Of a stretch of DNA of 64,000 nucleotides, positions 1 to 12,561 are shown piece by piece (position 1 is the stretch's first letter; each line of letters begins with the position of its first letter). The DNA lies in assembly GCF_964204645.1 (NCBI RefSeq), contig NC_134033.1:8440655-8504654 (forward strand), written 5' to 3'. The notes under the pieces are model-generated. The model searched no databases and had not been told where the DNA came from. It saw only the letters and a list, made by a program, of their open reading frames with translations. The stretch is from Tubulanus polymorphus. Taxonomy: Eukaryota; Animalia; Nemertea. The position numbers and the translations under genes are program-made.

Positions 1-718
1 ACAGTTCACATAAGTACACGCTCACAGAACAAAGCCAAGATGTGAACAACCACAACCGTAAAAGTACGTCCGAGAGCGAGGATAACCAAAGCCAAACTGA
101 CTTCTCACAGATAGAGGTTCACAGATAGAGTTCTGGGGGCTTCCGCCTGTCCGCAGCGCCACGTAGTGAGAATAAGAACGCGAGTGCGTCCCATATGTTG
201 GAGGAAGTGGTCCACCCGGGCAGCAAGCAGCAAATATAAAAATGTGTAAACATGTAATTTCAATATTCAGATGTTTTAGGAATATGTTCGATATTAGGGG
301 TATGCAGGTTTCATGAGATTAGCAACTTATAAAAGCATAGCTGTCATATACGGCTCCGCGTCCTCTGATGGCATGTTTACTAGGTGGCAATTCAATTCTT
401 TATTGATCCTTATTACATATAAAATTTCCAAATTCAATAAAGTAACAAATTTTGAAAATAAGAAAATACAACATACAAGACACATGCGTTATTCATACAG
501 AATAACATAAACAAGTTATTGTAAATGACATTGTCTACTCAACTCAGACTCAAGAAGATATCGAGTGACAGCCAAACTGGGCGCTGGCTAGGCCACACGA
601 TATGCTCCAAAGTCATGGACCAAAGTCATCGATGCAATGAAGTGTAAAAGCAGACATCAGAGCTCTTTCCTCAACCATGGAGGCAATGAAGTGTAAAATT
701 GATTTCAATTTGATTTAT

Positions 719-948
719 TGTAACGGTGCGACTGCGACGTTATTACATTGTAATATAGTATATTTGTATTTGTAATAATAAATGTTGACGATAGGTGGCA
801 TATCTATCACTCTCTTGAAAAGAGTCCATTGTCCTGGTGAGTTATGTGTGCTTCTATTGTCTCGGTTCAAGACTCTGATTGTCCCCTATATCAGCGGCGA
901 TTAACCCCGATGTATCCATAAGAATACCCCAAGACGACAATTGTTACA
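719..948 (+). repeat. 5' LTR of Gypsy A
   Basis: Close but not identical copy at 21611-21841; TG...CA ends. Confidence 0.9.
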
Positions 949-952
949 CTTG

Positions 953-970
953 TGGCAGCGAAGTGGGATT
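953..970 (+). promoter_or_regulatory. Primer-binding site, tRNA-Leu-like
   Basis: TGGCAGCGaagTGGGATT just after the LTR resembles the complement of a tRNA-Leu 3' end (TGGCAGCGGTGGGATT). Confidence 0.65.
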
Positions 971-1095
971 TTATTTCGATTGTCGTGTATTTTATGGTCT
1001 TTTTAATTAAGCGGCCCCACGTTGGGAACCTACTAGTCTGAGCGAAGCACGTTTACCGTTATTGATTAGAAAACCCTTGACAGATTTATAACAGA

Positions 1096-1521
1096 AGTAA
1101 TAGGAAAAGTGGGCTTTCAGATATGGAGGTCGGAGGTCGAGCTCACTCAACCTCTCTCCCTCTAGAATGAAAGCCTCAATTCCTTATTACTCTTAATAAT
1201 TTCATATAAATGAACATTATTTACATGAATTTCATTTATTTTAAAATCATTTATATGTTAATTACAAAAGTAGTGTGAATAAAGTGTGAGAAATAATTCA
1301 TATTTTAACAGATTTCGAATAAAAATATAAGTAAAATAATTAGATTTTTAAACATAAAAGTGTGAGTAAAGTGTGAGTGAAATAACTCATATTTTAGAAA
1401 AGTGACAAGTTATTAACGAGTTGATTAAAATTAGATTTTTAAACATAAAAGTGTGAGTAAAGTGTGAGTGAAATAACTCATTTCATACCAGAGTACGAGA
1501 GTACGAGACACCTCTCATCAC
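1096..1521 (+). repeat. Left TIR of P1 (first ~96 bp self-complementary; internal AAAGTGTGAGT repeats)
   Basis: Reverse complement of 17456-17899. Confidence 0.93.
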
Positions 1522-1797
1522 AGCGAGGCGCTAGTGAGAACGGTCGATTGCTCTGTGATACACATATACAGTGAGTGCGCGTAACAACAGCTGCGCGTGG
1601 ATAGATCGATACATCGAGGTGCTACCGAGAACGGTTATTAACGCATGTACTATTACTGTAGTACAGTGATTGCGTGTCAGCTGTGCTCGGATAAATAGAT
1701 GCTGTGAGGCTTGGATGACAACGGTTAATAGCGCGCTTGTTATATATAAGGGGAAGTAATCCCCACTCATCACCACAAGTAATTTTTTTCCTTATAA

Positions 1798-4700
1798 ATG
1801 GGGGAGAATAAGACAGGATAAATTGATGTTAATGAAAATCAATATTATTGTACATATTGTAAAAAATACATTGATAAATCTCAAAAATCGCGTCATGAAA
1901 AATCTACAAATCATCTGAAAAATGTAATAGATTTTGAAACTCCAGAAAATTCCAATGAAAGAAAAGAACGATTAGATGATATGAAAAAAGATGAAATTAG
2001 ATGTATTGTTTGTAATGAATTTATAGTAAAAAGGAATTATAAAAGACATCTCGAATCACAAAAACACTATCAAAATTTAAATAAAAATGTTTTAGGATCA
2101 GAACATTTTGATGATAAACCTCAACAAGTAAAAAAATCAACTTCAAAAACTAAATCCATTTTAAATAAACCTTACATGGAAAATGTTAGAAATTATATCG
2201 ATTCACTAGAAATAAAAGATACAATTGAAATATTAGGAACATTACGTAGTAAAATTGGTCCTGCAGCTATTATATTTAGATTTTTTAAAGGTACAAAAAT
2301 AGAAGATTATAGTAAATTTATTGAATTCATGGAAAAATACTAGATTTGATAACAGATGTTGAATATCCAAAAATTAGTATTTCTGGGAAAGTAAGTTTTT
2401 TAAAGTCAGAAGATAAAATGGATTATGATATTCAAACACTCTCTGAAGAAAAAATTTTAAAACGCAAATAAAAGAGAAGTTAGAAAAAATATTTAATGAA
2501 TTTAAACGACATATTGAAGAAAGATATTTTGAGGGTTCTGGTTTAACATTGAATGAAATTATATTTTTAGATTTAAATGTTTATAATACAAAAATGATTA
2601 AAACATCAAAAAGTAAAACAATGTTTAAAAATAACTCAAACTTTACAACAGAAAAGGATATTAAAGCATCATCTTATATTAAAATACCATTTACAACAAA
2701 AGCAGTAATAAATATTCAAAATGAAGATAATAAATGTTTTCTATGGTCAATTATTAGTCGCTAACACCCAACTCAGGAAAATGTTTGTAGTACAACAAAT
2801 TACCAGAAATATGAAACAAGATATAAAATTGATCAATATCCAGTAACTATAAAAATGATTCCTAAAATAGAAAAAGATTATGATTTAAAAATAAATCGAA
2901 TTAATGCAATTACCAAAGACAAAAGGTGAAAATATTAAAGATTATATATTAGAAGCTTTATATTTAACAGAATATTATGATGATGAAAAAGTTATAGTTA
3001 CAAAAAAGTTATATTACCAAAAAGATGAAAATGAACATTATATGTGGTTAAAACAAATTGATTTATTCTTTAGAACAGAAAGTGATCATCATCATAAAAT
3101 TTATCTATGTAGGAAATGTTTATCTAAATTTATGACTGAGAATACATTATTAAAACATAAAGAATTATGTGATAATAAAGATTTTTGCAAATTAATAATG
3201 CCAACAGAAAAAGATTGTAAGTTGAAATTTACTAATCATAAATTTAAAAACATTGTTCCATTTGTAATTTATGGGGATTTTGAATCGTTGAATAAAGAAT
3301 TAACTAATCAAGATAGAAAAGAAATATATAATAAAAAGCAAATTTAAAAATCAATGGATAAAGGAAATGAATTAAATGAAGATATAATTCAAGATCCACC
3401 AATAATAAACACAAATGAAAAAGTTCATCAAAGAGCTGCTGCTTATGGAATTTACATAAAATCAAATTATCCTGAATTATATCAAAGTCAATATATTCCT
3501 TTTAGAGGTGAAGATGTAGTTAATAATTTTTGTAACAAAATAATTGAATTAGAAAGTGATTTTGCAAAATCATTAAACAAAAACAAAAGAATAGTTATGA
3601 CAAAAGAAGATGAAATTGATTTTAATTATGCAACTCATTGTTGTTATTGTGAAAAACGTTTTTATTCATTTGATAAAAAAGTTAGAGATCATGATCATTT
3701 AAATTCGAAATATCGTGGAGATGCTCATGAAGATTGTAATTTACAAGCTAAGAAAGCTAATTTCGTACAAATATTATTTCATAATTTATCGGGCTATGAT
3801 ACCCATCTATTTATAAAAACAATTATCAGGAAAATTGGGTGCAATTAATCAAGAAATAGAAGAATATAATGCTATGAATGGTACAAATGTAAGAAAATAT
3901 GATTTTAAACTATTAGCTAGACATCCGAAAATTATATTTCATTTCAATTTGGTTGCATTAGATTTTTAGATTCTTATAGATTTCTAGCAAGTTCATTAGA
4001 TAATTTAGCAAAAAGTTTAGTTGATATTGATTTTGTAATAACTCGACATTATTACCCAAATGACAAGATTTTAAATTATTGAGATATAAAGGAGCAATTC
4101 CTTATTCATTTTATAAAACACATGATGATTTTAATGTAACAGAATTATTAAAAGAACAATTTTATGATCAATTAAAAGAGGAGTATGTGAAAGATGAAGT
4201 GTTTAATAGAACATTAAATATTTGGAATCACTTTAAGATAAAAAATCATGTTGAATTAGTAGATTTATATTTAAAATCAGATGTTATGATATTGGCTGAT
4301 ATATTTGAAAAATTTAGAGAAGTTAATTCGAATCATTTTAATGTTGATCCTTGTTATTGTTATTCAAGTCCTGGTTTAACCTGGCAATGTGGTTTAAAAT
4401 ATACAAATGTAGAATTCGATTTATTAAAAGAACCAGACATGGTTTTATTATTTGAAAAATCAATTAGAGGTGGAATTAGTGGTGTTATGGGAGATAGACA
4501 TTTTAAAGCAAATGATGAATATAAATTATTATATATTGACGCCAATAATTTATATGGTTGGGCAATGATGCAACCTCAACCATACAAAAATCTTATATTA
4601 ACAGAAGTTGAAAGTGATGATAAAACTGATTGGGAAAGCGCAATTATTAGTTTAAAAGATGAAGCACCAATTGGTTATTTCTTTGTAGTTGATTTAGAAT

Positions 4701-7040
4701 ATCCTGATAACATAAAATTTAAAACAAGAAACTTACCATATTGCCCAGAACATTTAGCCGTAGATGATAGTTATTTAAGTGAATACCAGAAGAAAATAAA
4801 ACCGAAAGATCATGTTTTTACAGAAAAATTAATACTTACTCAAAACAATAAATACAATTATATTGTTTATTATAGAATGCTAAAATTTTATCTAAAACAA
4901 GGAATGAAAGTAAAGAAAGTACATAGATATATTGAATTTAATCAATCGAAGTGGTTAGAAAAATATATACAACAGAGAACCATATCAAAAACAGATTTTG
5001 AAAAAGATTTCTTCAAATTAATGAACAATAGTTTTTATGGTAAAACATGTGAAAATATTAGAAATAGAAATGAAATATTGTTAGTAAATAATTCTGAACG
5101 ATTGAGACATTTACAATCAAGTCCTAGACATTTAGGAAATAAAAGATTTGAAGATTATTTAACCGCAGTTAAATTAAAAAGAACGTCAATGAAATTTAAT
5201 AAACCTATATTCATTGGTTCAACTATTTTAGAAGTATCAAAATTATTAATGTATGATTTTTATTTTAATGTTTTACAACCACTTTTTGGGGAAAAGTATT
5301 GAAATATTATATTTTGATTCTGTATCAGCTGACACCCCAATATTATTAAAATGTAAAAATAAAATATTAATTAGAAGAATTTCAGAAATAATTCCAAAAC
5401 AAAATGAATGTTATATTTCGTATGGTGAAAAATTAATACAAATAAATGAATTAATGGATGTTCGGACAAGAAATGGATGGAAAAAATTAAAGAATATAAT
5501 CAGGCATAAAACAAATAAGAAAATCTATAGAGTTAGAACTAAATTAGCGTTTGTAGATGTTACAGAAGATCATAGTTTAATTAAACGAAATGGTGATGAA
5601 ACGAAACCAACTGATATAAAAATTGGAGATGAATTATTACATAAAAGATTTTTCCAAAGAATGAATCATATGTCATTTGATGAAATAATTGATAATATTT
5701 ATAATATAGAACCCGAAACATTAGAAGAAAAAGAATATTTTATCAAAGGATTTTTTATGGGAGATGGTTCAGCAGGTGTGTATAATTATGCTAGTGGAAC
5801 TCAATATTGTTGGTATTTATGTAATCAAGACTTGAAATTATTAGAAAGAATTAAGAAATTCTGTGAAGAAGTTTACTCATATAAAACATTTAGAATCGTG
5901 GATCATATGAAATCATCGGCAGTTTATAGAATACTCGTTAATAACCCTGAAGATTTTGCAATTAAATATAATGATGAATTCTATATTCATGCAATAGTGA
6001 AAAGTAATACTTCAACCAAAGAAATGATAGTTCCAGATTATGTATTAAATGCAAAATATAATTTAAGAAAATGATTCTTCATTGGATTCTATGCTGCAGA
6101 TGGTTCAAAAAGTTTCAAAAACCACAAAACAATATCTTTAGCTCAAAAATGAAAAGTTGCTATATCAGGATTGAATATATTATGCAATTCATTAGGTTTT
6201 AATTTTGAATATTGGATTGATTAAATTTAAACCAAATTGCTTTAATTTAAACCATGTAGAAAATGAGTTAACTGAAGAAGTTAAAGATTATTGGAAATAT
6301 ATAACCCGTCAGAATATGTTTATGATTTATCAACTGAAGATGGTACATTTAACTGTGGATTTCCATTAATAGCCAAAAATACGGACGCCTACATACTAAA
6401 AATCAAGACAAATGACATAACAAAAGACTTAAAAACATTAAAACATCATTTTGATTTTAGCAATTATCCCAAAGATCATGAACTATTTAGTAATGATAAT
6501 AAAAAGATTCCTGCTAAGTTTAAAGATGAATTAGGGGGTGATGAAATGATTGAATTTGTTGGGATAAGAAGTAAAATGTACAGTTATAGAACAAAAGATC
6601 ATGAAGCTAAAAAGTTAAAAGGAATAACAAAACATGTGGTTGATAAACATATAGAATTTCAAGATTATATCAAGTGTTTATACAACTCATTTGTTATGAA
6701 ACATAAAGTGAATTGTTTAAGATCAGAAGATCACGAGATGTACATAAATGAAGTTGAAAAAACTAGTTTGAATCCATTTGATGATAGAAGGCATATTTCA
6801 GATGATGGTATAAAAACATTACCTTATGGTTATCAAAATGGATCAATATCATCAAACTCGAAATCACTACTTGTTTCTTCTTTTTCATTTAATTGTTTTT
6901 GTATAATTTGTTTAGGTTCTCTTATCTTGTACCTCATTTCATCTCGCTCTCTTTGTTTCTTTTTGTTCGTTAATTCATCAAATGAATTTATAATATCAAT
7001 GTTTAAAAAATTAACAATCTTATTTAAAAAGAATTTATAA
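1798..7040 (+). pseudogene. polB: Protein-primed family B DNA polymerase of P1 (N-terminal Zn fingers, putative vOTU, EndoVII-like insert, exonuclease, polymerase), intein-containing; stops and frameshifts
   Basis: Fragments with VIYGDFES, FHNLSGYD, YLKSD, YIDANNLYGWAM, KLMNNSFYGK and YFD/TDA; collinear with P2 PolB; the true C-terminus probably lies near 6830. Confidence 0.93.
5319..6380 (+). mobile_element. Intein with LAGLIDADG homing endonuclease in PolB motif C (degenerate)
   Basis: YFD|SVSADTPILL (block A), VDVTEDHSL (block B TxxH), FIKGFFMGDGS and FFIGFYAADGS (two LAGLIDADG motifs), YVYDLSTEDGTF (block F), LIAKN|TDAY; 1062 bp, net in frame; absent from P2 (YFDTDSY). Confidence 0.93.
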
Positions 7041-8128
7041 TTAATTGAATCTGTTATTCTATTATCCACATAATATTTTAATATTTGTTTGAATGTTTCT
7101 TTTATATTTTCCATATCTTCTTCTGTTAATTTAGGTTTTTTATAATAATCGTTAAATAATAAATATAAATACATTTTCTTTTCTTGTGTGTTAAATGTTG
7201 ATGGAATAATTGTTTTTATTATATCTTTTTTTAGTCATTTCACCATTTTCATTTTCTATTATTTTCATTTTTTCAAGCCATTGCTTATATTCTGGTGTAT
7301 GATCTTCCATAGAAAATATATCAAATATTTCATCTATATATTTTAATTTTTGTTCTATAAGAATATCTCTAGTTTCTTCATCACCCCATAAATTCTTTTA
7401 CCATCCACATTCATTACAAAATATCACAGGACCTTCTTGTCTTAAGTACTCATAAATACATTGTGGGCATTTCTTTCTATCATAGCTTGGTAATAGATCT
7501 TCATTAAGCTCTTGGTATTTCCTTACGTTTTCTTTATGTTTTATTGTTCTATTATGTAGATTTAAATTACTTGTTGTAATAATAAATTTACAATATTTAC
7601 AATAATATTTTTTTCTTACTAATTCATTATATTGTTTATCTAACTTTTTAAGTGTTTCTTTATTATCTGGTAACGTTTTCCATATTTTATTTTTTCTAAT
7701 ATATTATTTTTTCTTTCATTGAATTCTGTTTCAAATTTATAAGAAATTTTATCTATATGTACTTTACGAAATTGATGATTCTCCCAATCTTCTATATTTT
7801 CAGGGCTATATTTTATTCGACAATGCTCACAGAAATGATCTTTTATATTATTCTTATCATAGAATAAGAAAGGTCTTTTCCAAATAACTTCAGGTTCACA
7901 TTCAACAGAATTACTATTACTTTCGTTACAATCAACATTAACCGTTGTGTCATTAATTTTACACTTCTCTGAATGTTTTTTAACATAATTTCTTGAGAAT
8001 AATTTATTACAATTTGGGCAGTTTATTTTAGGGGGTTTATAATTTTCATCATGTTTTTTCATATGTCGAGCCATATTACTTTTTCTTAGAAGTTCACCAC
8101 ACATTTCACATGGTATCTTCGCATCCAT
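6833..8128 (-). pseudogene. P1 accessory multi-zinc-finger protein (probably one frameshifted gene)
   Basis: CEMC..HMKKH, CPNC..HSEKC, CEHC..H..H and YCKYCK..H..H motifs; ORFs 7640-8128 and 6833-7174 appear joinable through frameshifts. Confidence 0.6.
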
Positions 8129-8196
8129 TTATTTAGGAAAAATTTTATTAAAATTAATTTTTAGTGATGGGCGGTAATTTTTTATGTTATAAATGA

Positions 8197-8983
8197 ATGG
8201 TAGAATTAAAAGAATACAGAATATTTGTTGATTCTAGAAGACATTCAAATTATAAATCACATAATTTATTAGTACAATTAGATAGAGAATTTAAGAATTG
8301 TGTTGATTTAAAATTAGTAAATATAAGTTTATTTAACTCATTTTACAATATATCGAATAAAACTATTGAACACAGAGCCTTTTTAATTTTTGATAAAGGT
8401 AAAAATGAATGGTCCTATATATATTATATATATTATATTATATTATTTTTATATATATATTAAATCAGGGTTATATAATTAGATACATTAGCACAAGAAA
8501 TTAATAGAAAAGCCTGGCACAAGTTAGGTAGTAATTCCGGGTTTAGTATTAGATTTTTAAAAAGTGATAGTTCTGATAGAATAAAGATAAGGTTGTCTCA
8601 TATTTAAAAACATAAATTTATGGTAAAGAAACCTATAGCTAAACTGTAAGGAATTCCTCCAGATAGATCTTTTACAAATATTGATGCTGCTACACCAAAC
8701 TTAATACCTTACACGCATTTTTATATTTTAATCGATCCTACAAAACCATTTGAAGCAACTAAAGATATAACTTGTAATTCTGGTTTATTAAACATTTTAC
8801 CATTGAAGAATGTTAAAGAATTTGGATTGCAAATAAATTATAATTAAACAGAATGTGATTTGAAACCATGCATTCCTCGTTTTAATAATTTTAGATTAGA
8901 AATTAGAAATCATAATGGATATTCAAATTGATTTGAATATCTTTCCTGTGATATATGAATTAGTTATAAGATGTAGAGAGTAA
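8197..8983 (+). pseudogene. Putative minor capsid (penton-like) protein of P1
   Basis: N-terminal IFVDSR, SFYNI and PGLYN motifs, ~250 codons, beta-rich; ortholog at 39281-40040. Confidence 0.6.
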
Positions 8984-8999
8984 TTTTTTTGATATATAA

Positions 9000-9302
9000 A
9001 TGAATATAACAGTAGGGCCGAGTATACGTTTTGGGTTTGATTTTAAACATGGTTAAGAAATGAGAATTAAACTAAATGATGTAATTACTGATATTAAACG
9101 TAAATCATTTAACAATGCATCAATGATTAATAAAGAAAATAATATTGATTTAATTAAAACACCTTTAGAGTATAATGAATTAAATGAAGATGGAATAATT
9201 GATGATATTAAAAACATATTAACTAAAATATATGATAATCATAAAAGTAGAAATGAAATAAATGTTGAAATAATCATCACTAAGATAACTAAATATTTTT
9301 AA
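9000..9302 (+). pseudogene. Conserved small P1/P2 hypothetical protein (premature stop)
   Basis: MNITVGPS...; ortholog at 38979-39263. Confidence 0.7.
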
Positions 9303-9326
9303 GATAGTAATTTTTTTGATTAATAA

Positions 9327-9548
9327 ATGAGTGATAATAAGTGGATAATAACTGGATTATATAATGGAGCATTACTATCAGTTGGAACTGTTGGTTATTC
9401 AATGGTATTAAAAAAAGTATTAAAAATGGGAAGTGTTAATGTTGATAGATTTTATATAAATGATATTTTAAAATTAACATTAGCAGTTACTTTATCTAAT
9501 TTAACTATTGATTATTTGGAAAAACAAATATATATCCCTCCCATATAA
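9327..9548 (+). CDS. Small hydrophobic Polinton protein (73 aa)
   Basis: Near-identical ortholog at 38703-38924. Confidence 0.75.
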   Translation: MSDNKWIITGLYNGALLSVGTVGYSMVLKKVLKMGSVNVDRFYINDILKLTLAVTLSNLTIDYLEKQIYIPPI

Positions 9549-9576
9549 GAAGTGTATAATTTTTTTTGTTAAATAA

Positions 9577-9999
9577 ATGGCTTCTGCAATTATAACTATT
9601 ATAGGATCGGCAGTTGTTAACGCTTTAGCATTTACAGGTGGTGGTTATTTATTTAAGCATATTGATAAAAATGGTTCATTATCAGAACAAAAAAGACATA
9701 ACTTAGCATTAGAGAAATATAATTAAGCTGCAGAAGAATATAGAGAAAAAAGACAAAACTATATGGATTACATCAATAAAGAATTATATGATCAGAAGAT
9801 TTCACATAGAGATTTTCAATCAGTCGATGATGCAATGAGTTTATATAACGCGGTAACCAATAAAGAAAAATTACATCTATACAAACCTAAATTATCAGAT
9901 TATTATACCCCAAGTAAAGAACAACAGAAATATGAAATAATTTGGATTTTAGGTGGAACTGTTATTATTATATTTGTAGCATATAAATTTACTAATTAG
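9577..9999 (+). pseudogene. Small Polinton protein with hydrophobic N-terminus and C-terminal TM helix (one stop)
   Basis: MASAIITIIGSAVVNALAFTGGGYLF...EQKRHNLALEKY; ortholog at 38261-38678. Confidence 0.75.
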
Positions 10000-10019
10000 T
10001 AATTATTTTTGCTAAATAA

Positions 10020-10454
10020 ATGGATGATAAATTTGATAATATTGATATTATTCCTCATGATATAAATAAAACTAATTTAAAAATATATTTAGAAAAACAA
10101 ATATTAGAATTTGAAAGTGACTTAAAGATAAAAAAGAAAGAATATTTAAAAAGTAAAATTATATATTATTTTATTATCAGTGGTTCAGTTACAATTAGTT
10201 CTGTAATAACATTTCTAGCAATATTCAGTCCATTAACACCTTTAGCTATATCAATTGGTGTGTTAGGATTATCATCAAGTGTTTTAACTGGTATAAGTTC
10301 AAAATTAAATATAAAAAGTAATAAAGATAAAATTACAACTAATATAAAAGAAATTAATAAATTGAAAAATACACTAGATTATATAATAAGTTTAAATGGT
10401 CATATTAGAGTTGAAGAACAAGATAAATTATTAAAAGAATTAATAGATTATTAA
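10020..10454 (+). CDS. Polinton membrane-associated protein (two hydrophobic helices between coiled coils)
   Basis: Intact 144 aa; ortholog at 37806-38240. Confidence 0.75.
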   Translation: MDDKFDNIDIIPHDINKTNLKIYLEKQILEFESDLKIKKKEYLKSKIIYYFIISGSVTISSVITFLAIFSPLTPLAISIGVLGLSSSVLTGISSKLNIKSNKDKITTNIKEINKLKNTLDYIISLNGHIRVEEQDKLLKELIDY

Positions 10455-10470
10455 TTTTTTTATTATATAA

Positions 10471-12545
10471 ATGGGGTTTCCAAAAGCTTTCCAATATAAT
10501 AAATAAATTAAATATAATATTCCTGCAATAGATTTTAATAAAGGTATTTCATATAAAAATTTTGTTTTAAATTCATTAACTAATTTAGAAATTTATGTTA
10601 CTGAATCACAGTTTTTTTATTTCTAAAATGGAAAATATATTTAATGCGTATGAAATTACTTTTACTGGAGATGAATATCATATATATAAAGTAAAATCTA
10701 ATATGAAATATTGGCAGAATCAATTAAATTTTGCTGTTTATTGTGCAACAACTGGTTGTGGTATAAGTTGGAATGATCATTTAAATAACTTAGATAAAAA
10801 TTTGAATTATTCTGATTTAAAGTTAATTCACACAATATTTAGATTTCACGCATATTTTCAAATCAGAATAATATTAAATGAATTAGAATGTCCTTTGATC
10901 TAAATATTTTAAAGAATTGGACAATAATATTAATCTATCTAAGTTTTATAAAATATGTAATGAATTTAATATAAATATTAATGCCGATTTTAGAGCGCAT
11001 GGTAAATTACAAGGTATTGGTGAACAGTATGAAATAAAAAGAATTGATTATATGCATAAAATTCGAGCTTATCATAATTATAAAATTGATAATAATAATG
11101 GTTGGATTAATTTCATTTTAGAAGATAGTGAAGGTTTTACTAAAGCTGGAATACAAAGGATAAATCAATCAATTAGAACTTATTTAATTTGTATTTTAGG
11201 TGCGCAAGTTGAAACAAGATCACCAATAGTTGGAAATGATAACACATCATTTGATACACAGAAACAATCTAAAGTATTATTTGAAGATTCAATTCATAAT
11301 GATAAAAAAGATCGATTCCAGAAAACATTGTAAGATATCAAAATTATTTAGATAAATCACATATTAGATTAAATTATTATATAGGCCCTAATCTATTAAT
11401 TATTTCTAATGATTACTGAATCACAGTTTTTTTATTTCTAAAATGGAAAATATATTTAATGCGTATGAAGTTACTTTTACTGGAGATGAATATCATATAT
11501 ATAAAGTAAAATCTAATATGAAATATTGGCAGAATCAATTAAATTTTGCTGTTTATTGTGCAACAACTGGTTGTGGTATAAGTTGGAATGATCATTTAAA
11601 TAACTTAGATAAAAATTTGAATTATTCTGATTTAAAGTTAATTCACACAATATTTAGATTTCACGCATATTTTCAAATCAGAATAATATTAAATGAATTA
11701 GAATGTCCTTTGATCTAAATATTTTAAAGAATTGGACAATAATATTAATCTATCTAAGTTTTATAAAATATGTAATGAATTTAATATAAATATTAATGCC
11801 GATTTTAGAGCGCATGGTAAATTACAAGGTATTGGTGAACAGTATGAAATAAAAAGAATTGATTATATGCATAAAATTCGAGCTTATCATAATTATAAAA
11901 TTTATGATAATAATGGTTGGATTAATTTCATTTTAGAAGATAGTGAAGGTTTTACTAAAGCTGGAATACAAAGGATAAATCAATCAATTAGAACTTATTT
12001 AATTTGTATTTTAGGTGCGCAAATTGAAACAAGATCACCAATAGTTGGAAATGATAACACATCATTTGATACACAGAAACAATCTAAAGTATTATTTGAA
12101 GATTCAATTCATAATGATAAAAAAGATCGATTCCAGAAAACATTGTAAGATATCAAAATTATTTAGATAAATCACATATTAGATTAAATTATTATATAGG
12201 CCCTAATCTATTAATTATTTCTAATGATTTAGTATTAAAGATGGGAAACATAATTGGTTATAATAATCTAATTAAAACTGCAACAATAAATAATTCATTT
12301 GGATTAAATGATATAAATAAAAAGATTATTACTGCTCCAAAATTAATTGAAGGTGAAAAAAATAAAAAACATATTCAAACAACTGAAACTAAACTGATAT
12401 TAAAACTGATAATGGTGCCGTACGGCACGATATTCAACATGACATAATTAAACTAAATGATGATAATAAATCCCATGAAAATGCTAAATTAGCTATAACT
12501 TGTATAGGAATTGTTATAGGAGGAATATTATATTTTAAATTTTAA
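10471..12545 (+). pseudogene. Conserved Polinton protein (WQNQLNFAVYCATTGCGISW motif), internally duplicated
   Basis: Ortholog at 36398-37789; stops and frameshifts. Confidence 0.75.
10598..12227 (+). repeat. 815-bp tandem duplication
   Basis: 10598-11412 repeated at 11413-12227 with a few substitutions; ORFs 10917 and 11732 are offset by 815. Confidence 0.92.
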
Positions 12546-12561
12546 TTTTTTTATTATATAA

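Noticed and set aside
6072-6230. TGA codons in the intein as evidence of an alternative genetic code
   Set aside because: TAA/TAG stops and frameshifts also interrupt these genes, and TGG is used for Trp; ordinary pseudogene decay explains it.
6833-7040. Hydrophobic C-terminal extension of P1 PolB
   Set aside because: It is the antisense of the convergent minus-strand gene and is not shared with P2.
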